This document shows positions 23,001 through 35,122 of a stretch of 64,000 nt of DNA, one piece after another (position 1 is the first letter of the stretch; the number at the start of each line of letters is the position of its first letter). The translations under genes and the position numbers were made by a program. The DNA comes from Nymphon striatum (Eukaryota). Below the pieces are notes generated by a model. It did no database searches, had not been told where the DNA came from, and was given only the letters and a program-made list of their open reading frames with translations. The stretch covers positions 351,545 through 415,544 of the forward strand of contig JABFOP010000357.1 in NCBI GenBank assembly GCA_016618385.1, in the 5' to 3' direction.

Positions 23001-25989
23001 GGTGGGTCGGGTCAACGAAGGAATTCTTGAACTTCTAGATTATTTTTTTTCTGCACACTGCCTAGTAGCCATCTTTCATGAAATAAAAATGATATCAAAT
23101 CTTTGGACAAACTTTGGCACCTGGAAAATTAAAAAGAAAGAACTTATGACCTTATGAGATATTGAAATGATATGCGGATATCAGCACTTTGTTTAAATTT
23201 TAGCTGTGATTAACACATATAATCTACTATCTTCAGTTCCATTTGATTATGAGAACCACAATTTGAAAAATGAAAATTGAAAAGGTCACTTTCATATAAA
23301 AGTTTTATATAAATCTAACTACAGGTGCATCTATTGTGAAGAAGTAATACAGGAAAGTGGATGCATAATACCACACATGCATGTTTCAATGCCAATAAAA
23401 TTAACAAGTATGTACATGTACCAAAATGATAATGAATATTATTATTATTATTGTTTATTCACCTTATTTTTCAGGTATAGTTTCAGGTATAGTGTATGTT
23501 TCAGAAATAGAAATTATTGTACAAAATGCCCAACTCTGAAAACCATAAAGGAATGCTAGGAAAACATCAATTCAATCAATTGGCGTTTAGTAAAACAAAT
23601 AGAAAAATTAAGGTAGCCATTCATTTTAATTCAATAAAGGTTGCGAAGGGAATGAATGGATATATATCATCTCTTCGGAATGAGCTTCCTCAAAGATTGA
23701 TAAAAAATTTCTATCAAAAATTTAAATGAGTTTTCTTTCAATTTCTTTTTGTTGTAGGTGTTATATCACTATTCCAGCCATGGAGACAAAATGTGCTTGA
23801 ATTTTATTTTCCTTGTTGTTGCCATGGAGATCAATCTATTTTTATTTTATTTATTCAATAGCAAATAGACGAAAAAACGTCCAAATATGCCTATCTCGTT
23901 TCTATGCACTTCTTTTAAAGAACCACTAGCTAAACTCTTCCAGAAATCTCAACAAATGGGTACATTCCCAAGTGGGTGGAAAACAGGACACATCACACCA
24001 ATCTTTAAGAAGGGAAGAAAGAAGCAAATCATGCAACATATTCATAATGGATTTTCCAACAATTGATATAGTAAGCTTTAAGATGTTTGTATTGACTGGA
24101 AGGGGTTAAATACAGGCTGATGACAGTAGGCTCTTTCATAAAGCCCTCTTGCCCTAACCTAAAGAATTTAAAAATGTATCTTGTCCAGATTTATGTGCTA
24201 AGCCTAAGGCAAGGAAAATCAGGAACATTAAAGAAAAAAGAGAAATCATACGAAAACTACAACTGGGAAGAACTTCTCTTAACCCTACTTTACCTGGGTT
24301 TTTTTTTTTGGTCCTTCCACGGCTAAGGGGGGGGGGGGCTACTAGGCCCATAGTTACATTAGTGTAAATAACACCAGAACTGTTATAGCTAGTGACTTCA
24401 AATTTTCAGGGATGTTAGATCTACTTATTGTCGTTCTAAAAATTTTTAAAAATATTTTAAAATTCAGTGACGTCATCATGCTTTGTCATCCTCATTAGGG
24501 CTGTTTGCACAGCTTTTTACGTTTTTATGTTTTACGATTTTATGAAAAAAGTTCCATAATAACCCCTGAATGTAAACAAAGGTAGTAAAACAATATATTA
24601 TATAAAGGCACTCTATAAAATACCAATTAGACAAAGTAATAAGCCATCTGATCTATTACAATTGCATATATAGAAAATATATAGTTTTCGTGATTTTTAT
24701 GGTATAATTTTTCAGGGGGTAGCTAACGGCTGACCTAGATTTTTTTTAAAAAATTTTTTTCATGAAAATGTTCCAAGATAAATTTTAGAAAAAGTCATAA
24801 AGTTTCAGAAATTTTGGAATAGCCAATCTGGAGATATTTAAAAATAGTGATAGCATACACTGGACTCGTCTGTAAAGATCTCAACAAAGACCAGAAGTGG
24901 ACGAGATCAACAAGATTTTTCTTGCAATGACAAAGTGAAATACTTTTGATAGCCACCTCCTTTTTATTCAAATGTATTTTTCCTACCCCCCCCCCCTTTA
25001 AATGTCACAGAATAAAATATGTGGCCCCCTCAAAATGTCCATATCTCCCCCCATTAGATAAATTATGAACGCTCCCTTACGTATGTGGAATATTATTTTT
25101 TTTAATTAAAATTGATTCCACCATTATGTTAAACTACCCTCAGAATCAGAATTAATTTAGTCATTTTGTGTTGCATAAGATAAGTAAGATAGGCCAGTTT
25201 AAATGATACTTGTGATTTTTGGGTCCGATTTTTGGCCAAAAAAAAAAACCCCTAATCAGTTTTTGGGCCGCCTACTGATAAATGTTTGAGAAAAAAAACT
25301 GTTTAATATTATCTTTGTCTTAGTTGGATGAAAACTCAACCAAAAAATAAAGTCATAGGCTGTTTTTGAAAAATTCACTAGCTTTTTCTACAGCCCACCT
25401 AACTTCTCCAACTAAGTCTAAGAAGAGCCAAGAAGACTAATATAGGTGGAAGGATTTAAAGTTTAGTTCACATAAGCTTACCTAATTTAATTAACAGGCG
25501 ACGTTTACATAATTAGATTTAGAAATCACCTTTCGTTTTCCCTTCAATAGTGACCAAACAACTTGTTGACGTTGTCATTAATTGACAATCGTCAATCAAT
25601 TTTCACCTGTCTCGGCCCACTGGTGTGTCCTCTTTCTCGTATCATGAGGGATTTATAAGGTTTAGAAAATACATAATAAAAGTAAAATATCTGTAATTCT
25701 ATTTAACTTATCACAAGATATCAATTTTAAAACTTGGTTGATGAAAAAAGTATTCATTATCTTTAAATTTATAATTTTAAAAAGGTTGGTAGTCTGTTGT
25801 AACTTGTGTTGAGTAAGACATGCCATGCCTGGTTACGTCAGTTGTTGCAACTTGGCTCAAAATTGTGAAACTTTGCTGAGCAAAGAATTGCACCATGTTA
25901 TGCAATTTTCAATGTTATCTACACAATTGGCATTGATAAGAAAAAAACCTCTCTCTAGAGTCTAGATCAATCGCCGCATTTAGTTGACG

Positions 25990-26170
25990 GCTGTGGGTGC
26001 GAGTCGTCGTTTGTTGATTTTTGTGTCGTGACGTGAGTAGCTTGGCAACTAACAGTCTGAAGAGAAGAGGGTGTGAGAAGTATTGCTGTTGGAAATTTTA
26101 ATTGTACAAAGTGTTCACCTCTTTCTCCTTATCCAATTGTCTTACCGGTATTTTCAATCAACTGTCAGGT
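25990..26170 (+). promoter_or_regulatory. MVP: Putative non-coding first exon / promoter region of MVP
   Basis: The MVP ATG lies just after an acceptor (27316), so an upstream 5'UTR exon is required. This GC-richer block ends in a donor-like caactgtcag|gtataag at about 26170. Confidence 0.25.
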
Positions 26171-27326
26171 ATAAGATTTAATGATTTTTTAAATGTATAT
26201 ATTCAATTTACTATTTTAAAAAGTAATTGTTTCTTTGTGCCATCCTAACTTGCACACTTTTTTCGAACCAGGCAGAAGTTTTCAACGCAAGCTTAGTTCT
26301 ACAAACTGTCTTAAAGACCATGTTTTGCATAAAGTTTTCATATCAACATCATTATTCCGATAAATTATGTCTGTCCAGAAACTGCAGGGTCAGGACGGGT
26401 CAGGTTATCTTTTAGACCCTAATTGTCTTTTGTGGACAATATTTAGAAGTTTACGTAAACAAAAGTTGGCAAGCTAGTGGGCAGTATACTTTCATGTGAT
26501 AATAACACACACAAAAGTATACATATAGCAGTGACAGATATCGATATGTCGCTTTATTTCGGCATAGCAACGGAAAAAAATTACACTAATTGTAATTCCT
26601 ATAGGGATTTTTATTGAATTTCCTATAGGATCCAATAGGAAATCGGGCCAATTTCTAATTGGGACCAATTTGATATTTTTGTAAGGGAATATATATATAT
26701 AGGTTTAAGGGCCTGACATAAATAGTTGTTTAGTTGTAAGCAGACAAACAGTCATCATCATCATTAATCTCCTCTCTTCTGCCTTTCAGCGTAGAGGGTC
26801 ATTTTTGGACAAACCATTTCCAGTATTCTCTGTCCAGACTTTTTTTCTTTCCAAAGTCCTTTTCCATTGTCCATCGTATCCATCCATTTACTCTTCTGTT
26901 TGTTCTTTGAATCAATTAGGTTTGGGCGAGCAGGTGATTAACCTACCGCTCCGTAAGTGAATGGTGGGGCTGCCACCTTAAAGCAAGACACCTTGCCTGG
27001 TTTGATATGTGGGTTTTCCTTCCCTTAATGCGCCTTAGTGAATTTAGCCAGTTGTCCTCACGGTCCCATGCCACGAGGAGGCATTCACTACAGACTTGAA
27101 TAGCAGAGGTGTAAAGACTCCGTTTCTCTTACTTAAATTTCAGAGTCCCTTCATTGTCTTGTAGAGTGCACATACTACCCCTTATGGGATACAAACAGAC
27201 TCAATTGCCATTTATGTAATAAATTGGAGAGTAAATTTCTAGAAATTTAATCCTGGAAATAGTTAATTGTTAATCAATATTTACCTATCATAATGAAGTT
27301 TTTTTTTTCTTTTCAGACGATTCAAA

Positions 27327-27469
27327 ATGAATGTAAAAAGACGAGATGCCGATGATGCAAGTATATTCAGAATTCCCCCATACCACTTTATCCATGTCTT
27401 GGATCAAACATCAAATGTCACACGTATCGAAACAGGACCAAAAACTTTTATTAGACAAGAAAATGAAAA
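27327..27469 (+). CDS. MVP: MVP coding exon 1 ([47 protein letters not shown]-)
   Basis: The ATG is at 27327 and the donor is |gtaaat. It matches human MVP '[36 protein letters not shown]'. Confidence 0.9.
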
Positions 27470-27545
27470 GTAAATTTCTTCAGATTATTTTGACTGAAAT
27501 TACCTATTTTACAATTATATTAACATACCTCATTATTTTATATAG

Positions 27546-27862
27546 AGTTTTGTTTGGTCCTGATAAAATGATTATTGTTCCTCCTCATCATTATTGTGTG
27601 ATTCAAAATCCTGTAGTTCGAAATGATAAAAGTGAAATTCAACTTGACTTTGTCGGACAAGTCAAACTGCAACATGCCGAATTGGAAATTCGCCTACCTC
27701 AAGACCCTTTCCCTCTTTACCCTGGTGAAGTTTTATCAAAGCCAGTTTCACCATTAAAAGTTGTAGCTACAAATTCAGCTCTTAGGCTGCGGGCAATTAG
27801 AGATTTTACTGATGGTGCTACTTCTAGAGTCGCTGGAGATGAATGGTTGTTTGAAGGTCCAG
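27546..27862 (+). CDS. MVP: MVP exon 2 ([28 protein letters not shown]…[10 protein letters not shown]-)
   Basis: It has acceptor tatatag| and donor |gtaaaa. It covers the vault repeat domains. Confidence 0.9.
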
Positions 27863-27974
27863 GTAAAAATCTTGTTTTATGATAATCACTCTGCAATAAT
27901 AATAATATTAAAGAATAAAAATAACCATCAAGTAGTTGTTTCTGTATCTAATAACTATTTTTACGTTGATTTAG

Positions 27975-28201
27975 GTACGTACATTCCACGAAAAGAGGTT
28001 GAGTTCGTTGAAAAAATTCGAGCCACAACTATTCTTGTCAATCAAGCCCTCAAGCTTCGTGCTCAAATGGAACTGCAAGATCGTGATGGCAAAACCAGAG
28101 TTACTGGTGAAGAGTGGCTTGTTCGTCGAACTGGGGCATACCTTCCTAGTGCTTATGAAGAAGTTGTTACTGTTGTTGATGCTTATGTTTTGACTGAGAA
28201 G
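27975..28201 (+). CDS. MVP: MVP exon 3 ([31 protein letters not shown]…DAYVLTEK)
   Basis: It has acceptor gatttag| and donor |gtagca. Confidence 0.9.
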
Positions 28202-28601
28202 GTAGCAAATGAGACACTATATTAATTTTATTTATTCCTATCTATGAAGTAGATCATTTTCTAATGATAAAGGAATACCTTTTTATTTAAGGAATAATTC
28301 CTAACACGCACCGTCATTTTGGTGGTCAAATTATGTGAATTAAATGAAGCATTAGTTTACAAATCAAATCAGTCATATCATCAAAATTTATTAAAATTCA
28401 ATCTTAACTGACCTGAACAGACAAGAGGTTTCTCTGTTTACAGTTGCAAGGCACCTAATGTTAAGGCAAGGAGACAGAATCTAACAAAGCTTTGATTATA
28501 GATAATAACAGGAACTTATGAAATTATGTTGAAGAAATATTTATCCAGTAACGCACCAATAGAATATTTTCGGATATTGAAAATAATTGTGAATTCCTTT
28601 A

Positions 28602-28664
28602 GGTCAAAAAAAAAAAGGCTGTGTTTCCGGTAACGGTCTTGACAGACGGGAGGGTCGTTAGGTC

Positions 28665-28698
<34 letters not shown>

Positions 28699-28966
28699 TA
28701 ACTAGAAATTATATAACCAACCAATCATACCATTTACTTCATTTGAAGGGCTATCTACATTTGATTCAAAGAAATACAAGTGTTTAAATCATTTAATTTA
28801 GACAAACATCATAGAGAATTTTAGGAGGTAGTTTTGTGACGTTTTTTCTTTACCATTTCATGCATTTTACTATGTTTTTCCCGAATCATCATAAAAACAT
28901 TTCAGTCGGCGGTAAAATTACACGGTTGGTCGGGTTACCGGAAACACAACATTTTTTTTTTTGGCC
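28602..28966. mobile_element. MITE family A, copy 2 (in MVP intron 3)
   Basis: It has the same 33-nt TIRs and internal sequence as 18079-18451, with a longer internal T-run. It abuts the piggyBac-type MITE at 28971. Confidence 0.8.
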
Positions 28967-28970
28967 TTAA

Positions 28971-29286
28971 CCCTTTCCGTGCGGAATAAAAATGGCCGAA
29001 TATATTAATATTTGCGGAATTTATTTTGACTTTTTTGATTGTTATGACATTTGCGCTTTTTATTATTATTTTAAATAATTAAATTCATAGACTTGACCTA
29101 CCATCTATTGAAAATTTAGGTAAACAATAGTTTAACATGTGGAGACGAGATGGGGCCACTAGTGATTCAGGCGAATTTATGCTCCCTCCGCAAATAGAAA
29201 CTGCATGGCTTGGCGAATACGTTCGCCCGCCGCAAATATTAATCAAAATGTTATGGCGAATATATTCGCCTCCCGCACGGAAAGGG
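28971..29286. mobile_element. piggyBac-type MITE flanked by TTAA (in MVP intron 3)
   Basis: It has TTAA|CCCTTTCCGTGCGG… at one end and …CCGCACGGAAAGGG|TTAA at the other. The inverted termini are 18 nt. Internal subterminal repeats (ccgcaaatattaa / ttaatatttgcgg) are present. Confidence 0.7.
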
Positions 29287-29951
29287 TTAATAGCAATGCT
29301 AATTTCTTTTTTCTGTTTTTTTAAAAGCTTTATTGCACTAAGCTCATGAAAATGAGTTTATGGCAAGCTGGAGGCCGTGTCAATTCGACTGTATGCAGTG
29401 CTTCTCTGATAAAACTACAAACCATGGTGGGCAAGTTATATTTCTCACACTGCAGCCAAGAATTTGCATACATATATATACCTCGCAGGCCATCCACTCA
29501 CCCAAACCTTCGACCCTACTCTTGTTCAAATAGTGAGGTGTGTTCATTAATGAGCAGAGGATCTCTTCTACACAGGACCTCCATAACGTCGTAACCATGG
29601 GACGGATAATTTTCTCTCTAAAACCAGCCTGCATCTATCATAAGAGAGGAAAGCACGAGAATACACAACGTCAATTGTGGAAAAAAATTTTAGTCACAGA
29701 GAACAGAAAGTGCCTGCAAGCGAAGCGAGCCGGGAGCTTGCCCCGGGGGTTTTTGTTTATAGCCACGCCCTTCTGTACACTATTAACAATGCCCATTTTT
29801 AGATCCGAGCACCTTTTTCAATTTAGGAAAATGCTGCTTGATTAGACTTTATGATACATCTAAGTTAATTTTACAAGTTTTACAGATTTTGTTTCCTATT
29901 CTACCTTACTTCACAAATTCTCAAAATATTTTTTATCAATTTAAATTACAG

Positions 29952-30188
29952 GAAGCCATTCATGTTCGAGCTACCAGATCATTTACGGATATTCTTGGAA
30001 AATCTCATAAAAATGGCGAAGAATGGTTAGTATCATTGGCTGATACTGAGACATACATACCTGATGTTTACGAAGAGGTTGTTGGCGTAATTAATATAAC
30101 TACTCTCACCAACAGAGAATATTGTGTCATTCTGAATCCATGTGATGCTGGTGGAAAGCCTCAGTTAGGACAGAAAAAATTGGTTGAG
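29952..30188 (+). CDS. MVP: MVP exon 4 (EAIHVRATRSFTDILGKSHKNGEEWLV…CVILNPCDAGGKPQLGQKKLVE)
   Basis: It has acceptor ttaaattacag| and donor |gtaaat. Confidence 0.9.
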
Positions 30189-31487
30189 GTAAATTTAATG
30201 ATCCAATATACCTAAAGTTACCTGTTAAATGCTTAACTTGACCATGAGGTCAAACAACTTCTTTTTTCTTTTTCTTATTTTATTTATTTTTTTTTTTTTA
30301 TGTGAAGATAATAGAATACTCACTCTTCTTTCATTAAATGTTTCAAAATGAAATGATGCTCTACTCTGTATAGATAGATATCAAAATCAAAATTATTTTT
30401 GTTTAAAGGGATACTTTATTCATCGAGTGTACGAAAAAAAAAATTCCAATCCATAGTACATATATCAAACAAAAATTCCGGATTTTAAATAAATTTTTCT
30501 AGTTCATTTAATTTTTTTAAACGCATTTTAAAATCACCTACGTTGGAGCTGCCATTTTGATCAGTCACATGACATAACGAGTGCTCAATCTTACACCGAG
30601 ATGACTCTCGCTTATATAGATTTATCAAGTTGTGATGATTCTTTTAATTTTTATGCACATGGATTCGATTCGAGCCGAGGAGAAAGGTAGATGATGGTGA
30701 TCAGCCTGGTGTTTCGTGAATTGTGTTTCTGTTATTTAGAGTAGACTTGTTTTCGGAAAAACCACTGATAGCAACACGTACCTATTCATTACTACTTGCT
30801 ACCATCAGCACACGCTCCGTCACTAATGGCTGCACTCATTCAAATTAATGTTTTATCAATTAAAACAATAGAAAACGGTTGTATGAGTGAAAAAATTTCA
30901 GGATATGCTTAACTCGCCCTGTTCTATCATTTGAGCGATTTTTCAAAATGAGTAACAATGAGTGGAGTATCCCTTTAATCATAACCATTACTATGTAGAG
31001 CTAATTTTTTCGGTCATATTAAACTTGAGAATATAAAGTGTAGAATCTGACACATATGTAACCAGTGCTCACGCTGTCAGTCGACATTATCGCCATCTGC
31101 GATAATTTTATGAGTTTGGCGATTATTTTAAAGTATTGGCTACAATAAATGGCGATTATTTAATTTTTCTATAAAATATAAAAATTCAAAAAAATATCGA
31201 CTAAAACACAAAATCTTTTGGTTACAGTCATATGGACCATTTTCCAAAGGTTATTATTTTTTTTATATATCAAATTATACATGTTAATGCGACAACACGC
31301 AAACTTTGGCTAATTATTTTGTTTTCATGAAAAATATGTGGCTATTATTTATAAACTGCCAGTGTGAGCACTGTGTAACTAGTAATTGAGATTTGGGGGG
31401 GGGGGGGTGAGCAAAAGTTTTTTTAAATCTTTAATATCTTAAAGTAAATATTTTGGTTATTTTTTTTATTATTTTACTAATTTTTAG

Positions 31488-31619
31488 GGAGAAAAATCTT
31501 TTTTTTTGCTGCCTGGAGAAGAATTGGAACAAGGTATTAGATCTGTGTATGTTCTCAGTGAAACCGAGGGACTTATTTTAAGAGCATCACAAGCATTTAA
31601 TGATGATAATGTAACATCA
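31488..31619 (+). CDS. MVP: MVP exon 5 ([44 protein letters not shown])
   Basis: It has acceptor tttttag| and donor |gtaagt. Confidence 0.88.
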
Positions 31620-31700
31620 GTAAGTATTATTGTCTGGATTTTATTTATTTATCTATTTACTCATTTTAAAATTAATATTTTACCTCTCCTGTTTTTACAG

Positions 31701-31850
31701 AAAGTAAGAAGGTCACCTGGTGATACATGGATGATTAGAGGGCCTTGTGACTACATCCCACCTATTGAAGTTGAGGTGTTATCTCAAAGAGATGCTATTC
31801 CATTAGATGATACTGAAGGTATCTATGTTCAAGATGTCAAAAGTGGAAAG
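31701..31850 (+). CDS. MVP: MVP exon 6 ([50 protein letters not shown]), followed by a GC-AG intron
   Basis: It has acceptor tttttacag|. The only phase-compatible donor is |GCAAGC at 31851. Reading on to the first in-frame GT is not an option, because it would run into stops and lose the conserved IRAVCGETYMLTQDE continuation. Confidence 0.8.
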
Positions 31851-32002
31851 GCAAGCTCACACTATTCTTATACTGTTTTTAAACCTTATTCTGGCCATTG
31901 CATATTTTCAAAAAGTGTTTGCTAAGACTATTACTTTTTATTCGACTTACTATATACATTTTTTAAATACATCATTAATATTATCCAATTCATTTTTAAC
32001 AG

Positions 32003-32244
32003 ATAAGAGCAGTATGTGGTGAGACCTACATGCTTACTCAAGATGAAGAGTTATGGTCAAAGCCCCTTCCACCAGTAGTTGAAGAACTGCTTCAGCAAAA
32101 TAGAGACCCTTTAAGTGATAGGGGTACTCGCAAAATTACTTCTTCTAGTGAAACAGAAAAGCGAGATAAAACTTATGTGGTGACATTCCGTGTTCCCCAC
32201 AATGCAGTTGTTCAAATTTATGATTACAAAGAAAAAAAAGCAAG
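32003..32244 (+). CDS. MVP: MVP exon 7 (IRAVCGETYMLTQDEELWSKPLPPVVEELLQQNRDPLSDRG…VPHNAVVQIYDYKEKKA-)
   Basis: It has acceptor ttttaacag| and donor |gtatta. Confidence 0.9.
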
Positions 32245-32434
32245 GTATTATTTTTTTCTATTAATAATTAATAATATGTGGAAATCTGAATGATATAACT
32301 TTAAAATTTTGGAGACATGTTCATGTTTCTGTTTATTGTTAATAAATGTTTTGGTGTATGAAGAAATTTGAGAAAAGATTGTAGCGACTAATATGTTTTG
32401 TGAATCTGTCGTGGAAAAGTTTGATCTTGTAAAG

Positions 32435-33015
32435 GTAAGAGGGCGCGGTTGCTCAGTGGTTAAGATCGTTATTCTGGGCCTGAAGAACCCCACCACTTTT
32501 TCACCGTTTACATTGTGTATTATCGGGCTGTCCTCTCTGATATCAGACGTAGGCTGATTTTAGAGAGAAAATACTCCGTCCCTCGGATAGGACGTTAAAT
32601 GGAGGTCCCGTGTAAAGGAGAGTCACACCCTATGCACGTTAAAGAACACACTTCACTATTTGAATAAAGAGTAGGGTGATCCCGGTGAAGTGTAGCACCT
32701 GCGAGAATGTGAAGGTTAGGTCAGGTCCCACCTGCTACTGGTACCATGTAAACCAGTACTACCTGTCTCATGGTCGGATGGTCGGCGACTAAACCGGCTC
32801 CCTCACTTGGTGACCTAGTGAGGAGGGTGTGTGGGGGCACCCCGCAGGACTAAAAAAAGACCTGTCAAAGGGCGGATGAGCTTCTAGCGAGCCAACGGCC
32901 ATCCATATCCGGAGAAGGGTTGGAAACCACCGGATTACTTCCACTGAAACACAATGATGAATACTCATCAAAGTGCCCCAACGGCCAACAGACTACGGGA
33001 GTGAACAGAACTGAC
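32435..33015 (+). mobile_element. tRNA-derived SINE-like insertion with a 55-bp direct duplication (in MVP intron 7)
   Basis: It is a GC-rich 581-bp insert with a tRNA-like head (gggcgcggttgctcagtggttaagatcg). It is flanked by the identical 55-mer tgtagcgactaatatgttttgtgaatctgtcgtggaaaagtttgatcttgtaaag at 32380-32434 and 33016-33070. No poly-A tail was seen. Confidence 0.65.
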
Positions 33016-33501
33016 TGTAGCGACTAATATGTTTTGTGAATCTGTCGTGGAAAAGTTTGATCTTGTAAAGACGTTTTGTTACTTGAAGAATACCTAAAAG
33101 ATTGAAAAATTCTACTTTGTTTTATCAAACATTCGTTTTTCACTTTACCTTTACTGAAATATGTTTATAAATTTCTTAGTTACCTATCAAACCTGCTTAA
33201 ACAAGGAGAGTTTGTTTCCTTATCATGAATTAATTGATTACGTTCCCCACCAATTTTGAAGTGTGTGAAACTCGCATGCATGTCAAACAGAAACTTTTTT
33301 TTTTTTGTATGTAGGGATGGCAGGTCCAAATAGCATTGTATGTACAAAAAAGTAGTAAGTTTACATTCAATATTCAATAGCATCCCTACATGGCCTTTTT
33401 ATTTAGAGTAAATTTGTTTGCGTAATTTTTCTTGTTTTATAATTAGTATCAACTTTTGCAATGTGAACATTTTCTTATTTTCATCTTCGTTTCTCTCTTA
33501 G

Positions 33502-33699
33502 GTTTATATTTGGTCCTGATTTGGTAATGTTGGGTCCAAGTGAGCAGTTTACTAAACTCAGCTTATCTGGAGGAAAGCCAAAGCGACCAAATGTTATCAA
33601 GGCTCTAGCCTTGTTGTTGGGACCAGATTTCTGCACAGATATTGTTATTGTTGAAACTGCTGATCATGCTAGGCTTCAATTGCAATTGTCTTATAACTG
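33502..33699 (+). CDS. MVP: MVP exon 8 ([66 protein letters not shown]-)
   Basis: It has acceptor tctcttag| and donor |gtaatt. Confidence 0.9.
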
Positions 33700-33796
33700 G
33701 TAATTAATGTTTTCTTCATTTACCAATCTTTTCAGCCTTAGATCTCAAGTGTGAAGATGTAAATTATCCTTATAAACAACATATTTGAATCATCAG

Positions 33797-33938
33797 GTAC
33801 TTTGAAGTTAAAGATCACAATGCAGAAACTGCTGCTAAATTATTCAGTGTACCAGATTTTATTGGTGATGCATGCAAAGCAATTGCATCCCGTATCAGAG
33901 GCGCTGTTGCTAGTGTTCAATTTGATGACTTTCACAAA
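33797..33938 (+). CDS. MVP: MVP exon 9 ([48 protein letters not shown])
   Basis: It has acceptor aatcatcag| and donor |gtttgt. Confidence 0.9.
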
Positions 33939-34029
33939 GTTTGTTCCCTAACATTTATTTTATTTTCTCTATTTTCATTACATTAATGAAGATATATATA
34001 TATATATTTATTATATTCTGTTTTCCCAG

Positions 34030-34241
34030 AATTCTGCCAAAATTATCCGTGCTTCTGTTTTTGGATACGATGAAAGTTCCAAGATCCGATCATCTTTTAC
34101 CTTTAAACAAAATGGTTTAACCATCACAAGCGTTGATATCCAATCTGTCGAACCTGTTGATCAAAGAACCAGAGACTCTTTGCAAAAATCTGTGCAGCTT
34201 GCAATTGAAATTACTACAAATTCTCAGGAAGCAGCTGCAAA
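34030..34241 (+). CDS. MVP: MVP exon 10 ([18 protein letters not shown]…[37 protein letters not shown]-)
   Basis: It has acceptor ttttcccag| and donor |gtaatt. It is very close to the human shoulder domain. Confidence 0.92.
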
Positions 34242-34471
34242 GTAATTACCATCAATGTCTTAGTTTAGCATGTGCTTGAATGTTTAAAAAAAAAGTAGAG
34301 TGTGATGTTTTAGTGTAATGTGAGGGGAACGATAATTCCTAAAGATTCACTTTTTATGGTTGGATTCAAAGTTATCAAAAAATTTATGAGAATTGTAAAT
34401 CTGTTTTTTAAGTAATTTTGATACTTTTTCATCATCAGTAGCCTCATGTTTTATCATCAAATACTTTTCAG

Positions 34472-34715
34472 GCATGAAGCAGATCGAATTGAACAAGAAG
34501 CAAAAGGTAGACTTGAACGTCAGAAAATTACTGATGAGGTTGAAGCAGAAAGAGCACGCAAACAACTGTTGGAGTTGCAGGCAGCTTCAGCGGCTGTTGA
34601 AAGTTGTGGTCAGGCAACAGCTGAAGCTTCAAGTCGAGCCAGTGCTGCCAAAATTGAAGGTGAAGCAGCTGTGGCCCAAGCTAGATTAAGAGCAGAAGCA
34701 GCTGTTATTGAGGCT
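34472..34715 (+). CDS. MVP: MVP exon 11 ([82 protein letters not shown])
   Basis: It has acceptor acttttcag| and donor |gtgagt. It is the cap-helix coiled coil. The two + ORFs overlapping here are alternative-frame artefacts. Confidence 0.92.
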
Positions 34716-34818
34716 GTGAGTTACTTTTTGTTTTCCATTGAAATTCTTCACTTTTCTATTATTTTATGAAATTTTCATAAAATGTATTCTTTTTTTTTTT
34801 TAATTTTTATGAATATAG

Positions 34819-35007
34819 GAATCTGAATTGAATAGGCTGACCAATGCTCGTGAAGCTGAAATAAAATATTTAAAGGATCAGAATGAGCTTGAAGTTACCA
34901 AGAGTACAGAGTTAATGGATTTGGAAGTAAAAAAATTTGAAAAAATGGTCAGTGCTCTTGGATCTGATACCATCAAAGCAATGGCAATTGCTGGTCCAGA
35001 GATGCAG
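34819..35007 (+). CDS. MVP: MVP exon 12 (ESELNRLTNAREAEIKYLKDQNELEVTKSTELMDLEVKKFEKMVSALGSDTIKAMAIAGPEMQ)
   Basis: It has acceptor gaatatag| and donor |gtaaaa. Confidence 0.9.
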
Positions 35008-35122
35008 GTAAAATATATTTTCCATACTAAATGTGTAACCTTTGATTAGTTTTTAATTATCAAATATTATGAATGCTATAGAAATTAAGCATGCATTATT
35101 CAAATTATTTATTTGTAATATG

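Noticed and set aside
29838-30215. 125-aa ORF starting MIRLYDTSKL…
   Set aside because: Its 3' two-thirds is MVP exon 4 in frame. The N-terminal part is intron read-through, so it is not an independent gene.
34446-34769. Two overlapping plus-strand ORFs of 107 and 71 aa
   Set aside because: They are alternative-frame readings of MVP exon 11. They arise from the GCN-periodic Ala/Glu-rich coiled-coil codons and are not separate genes.
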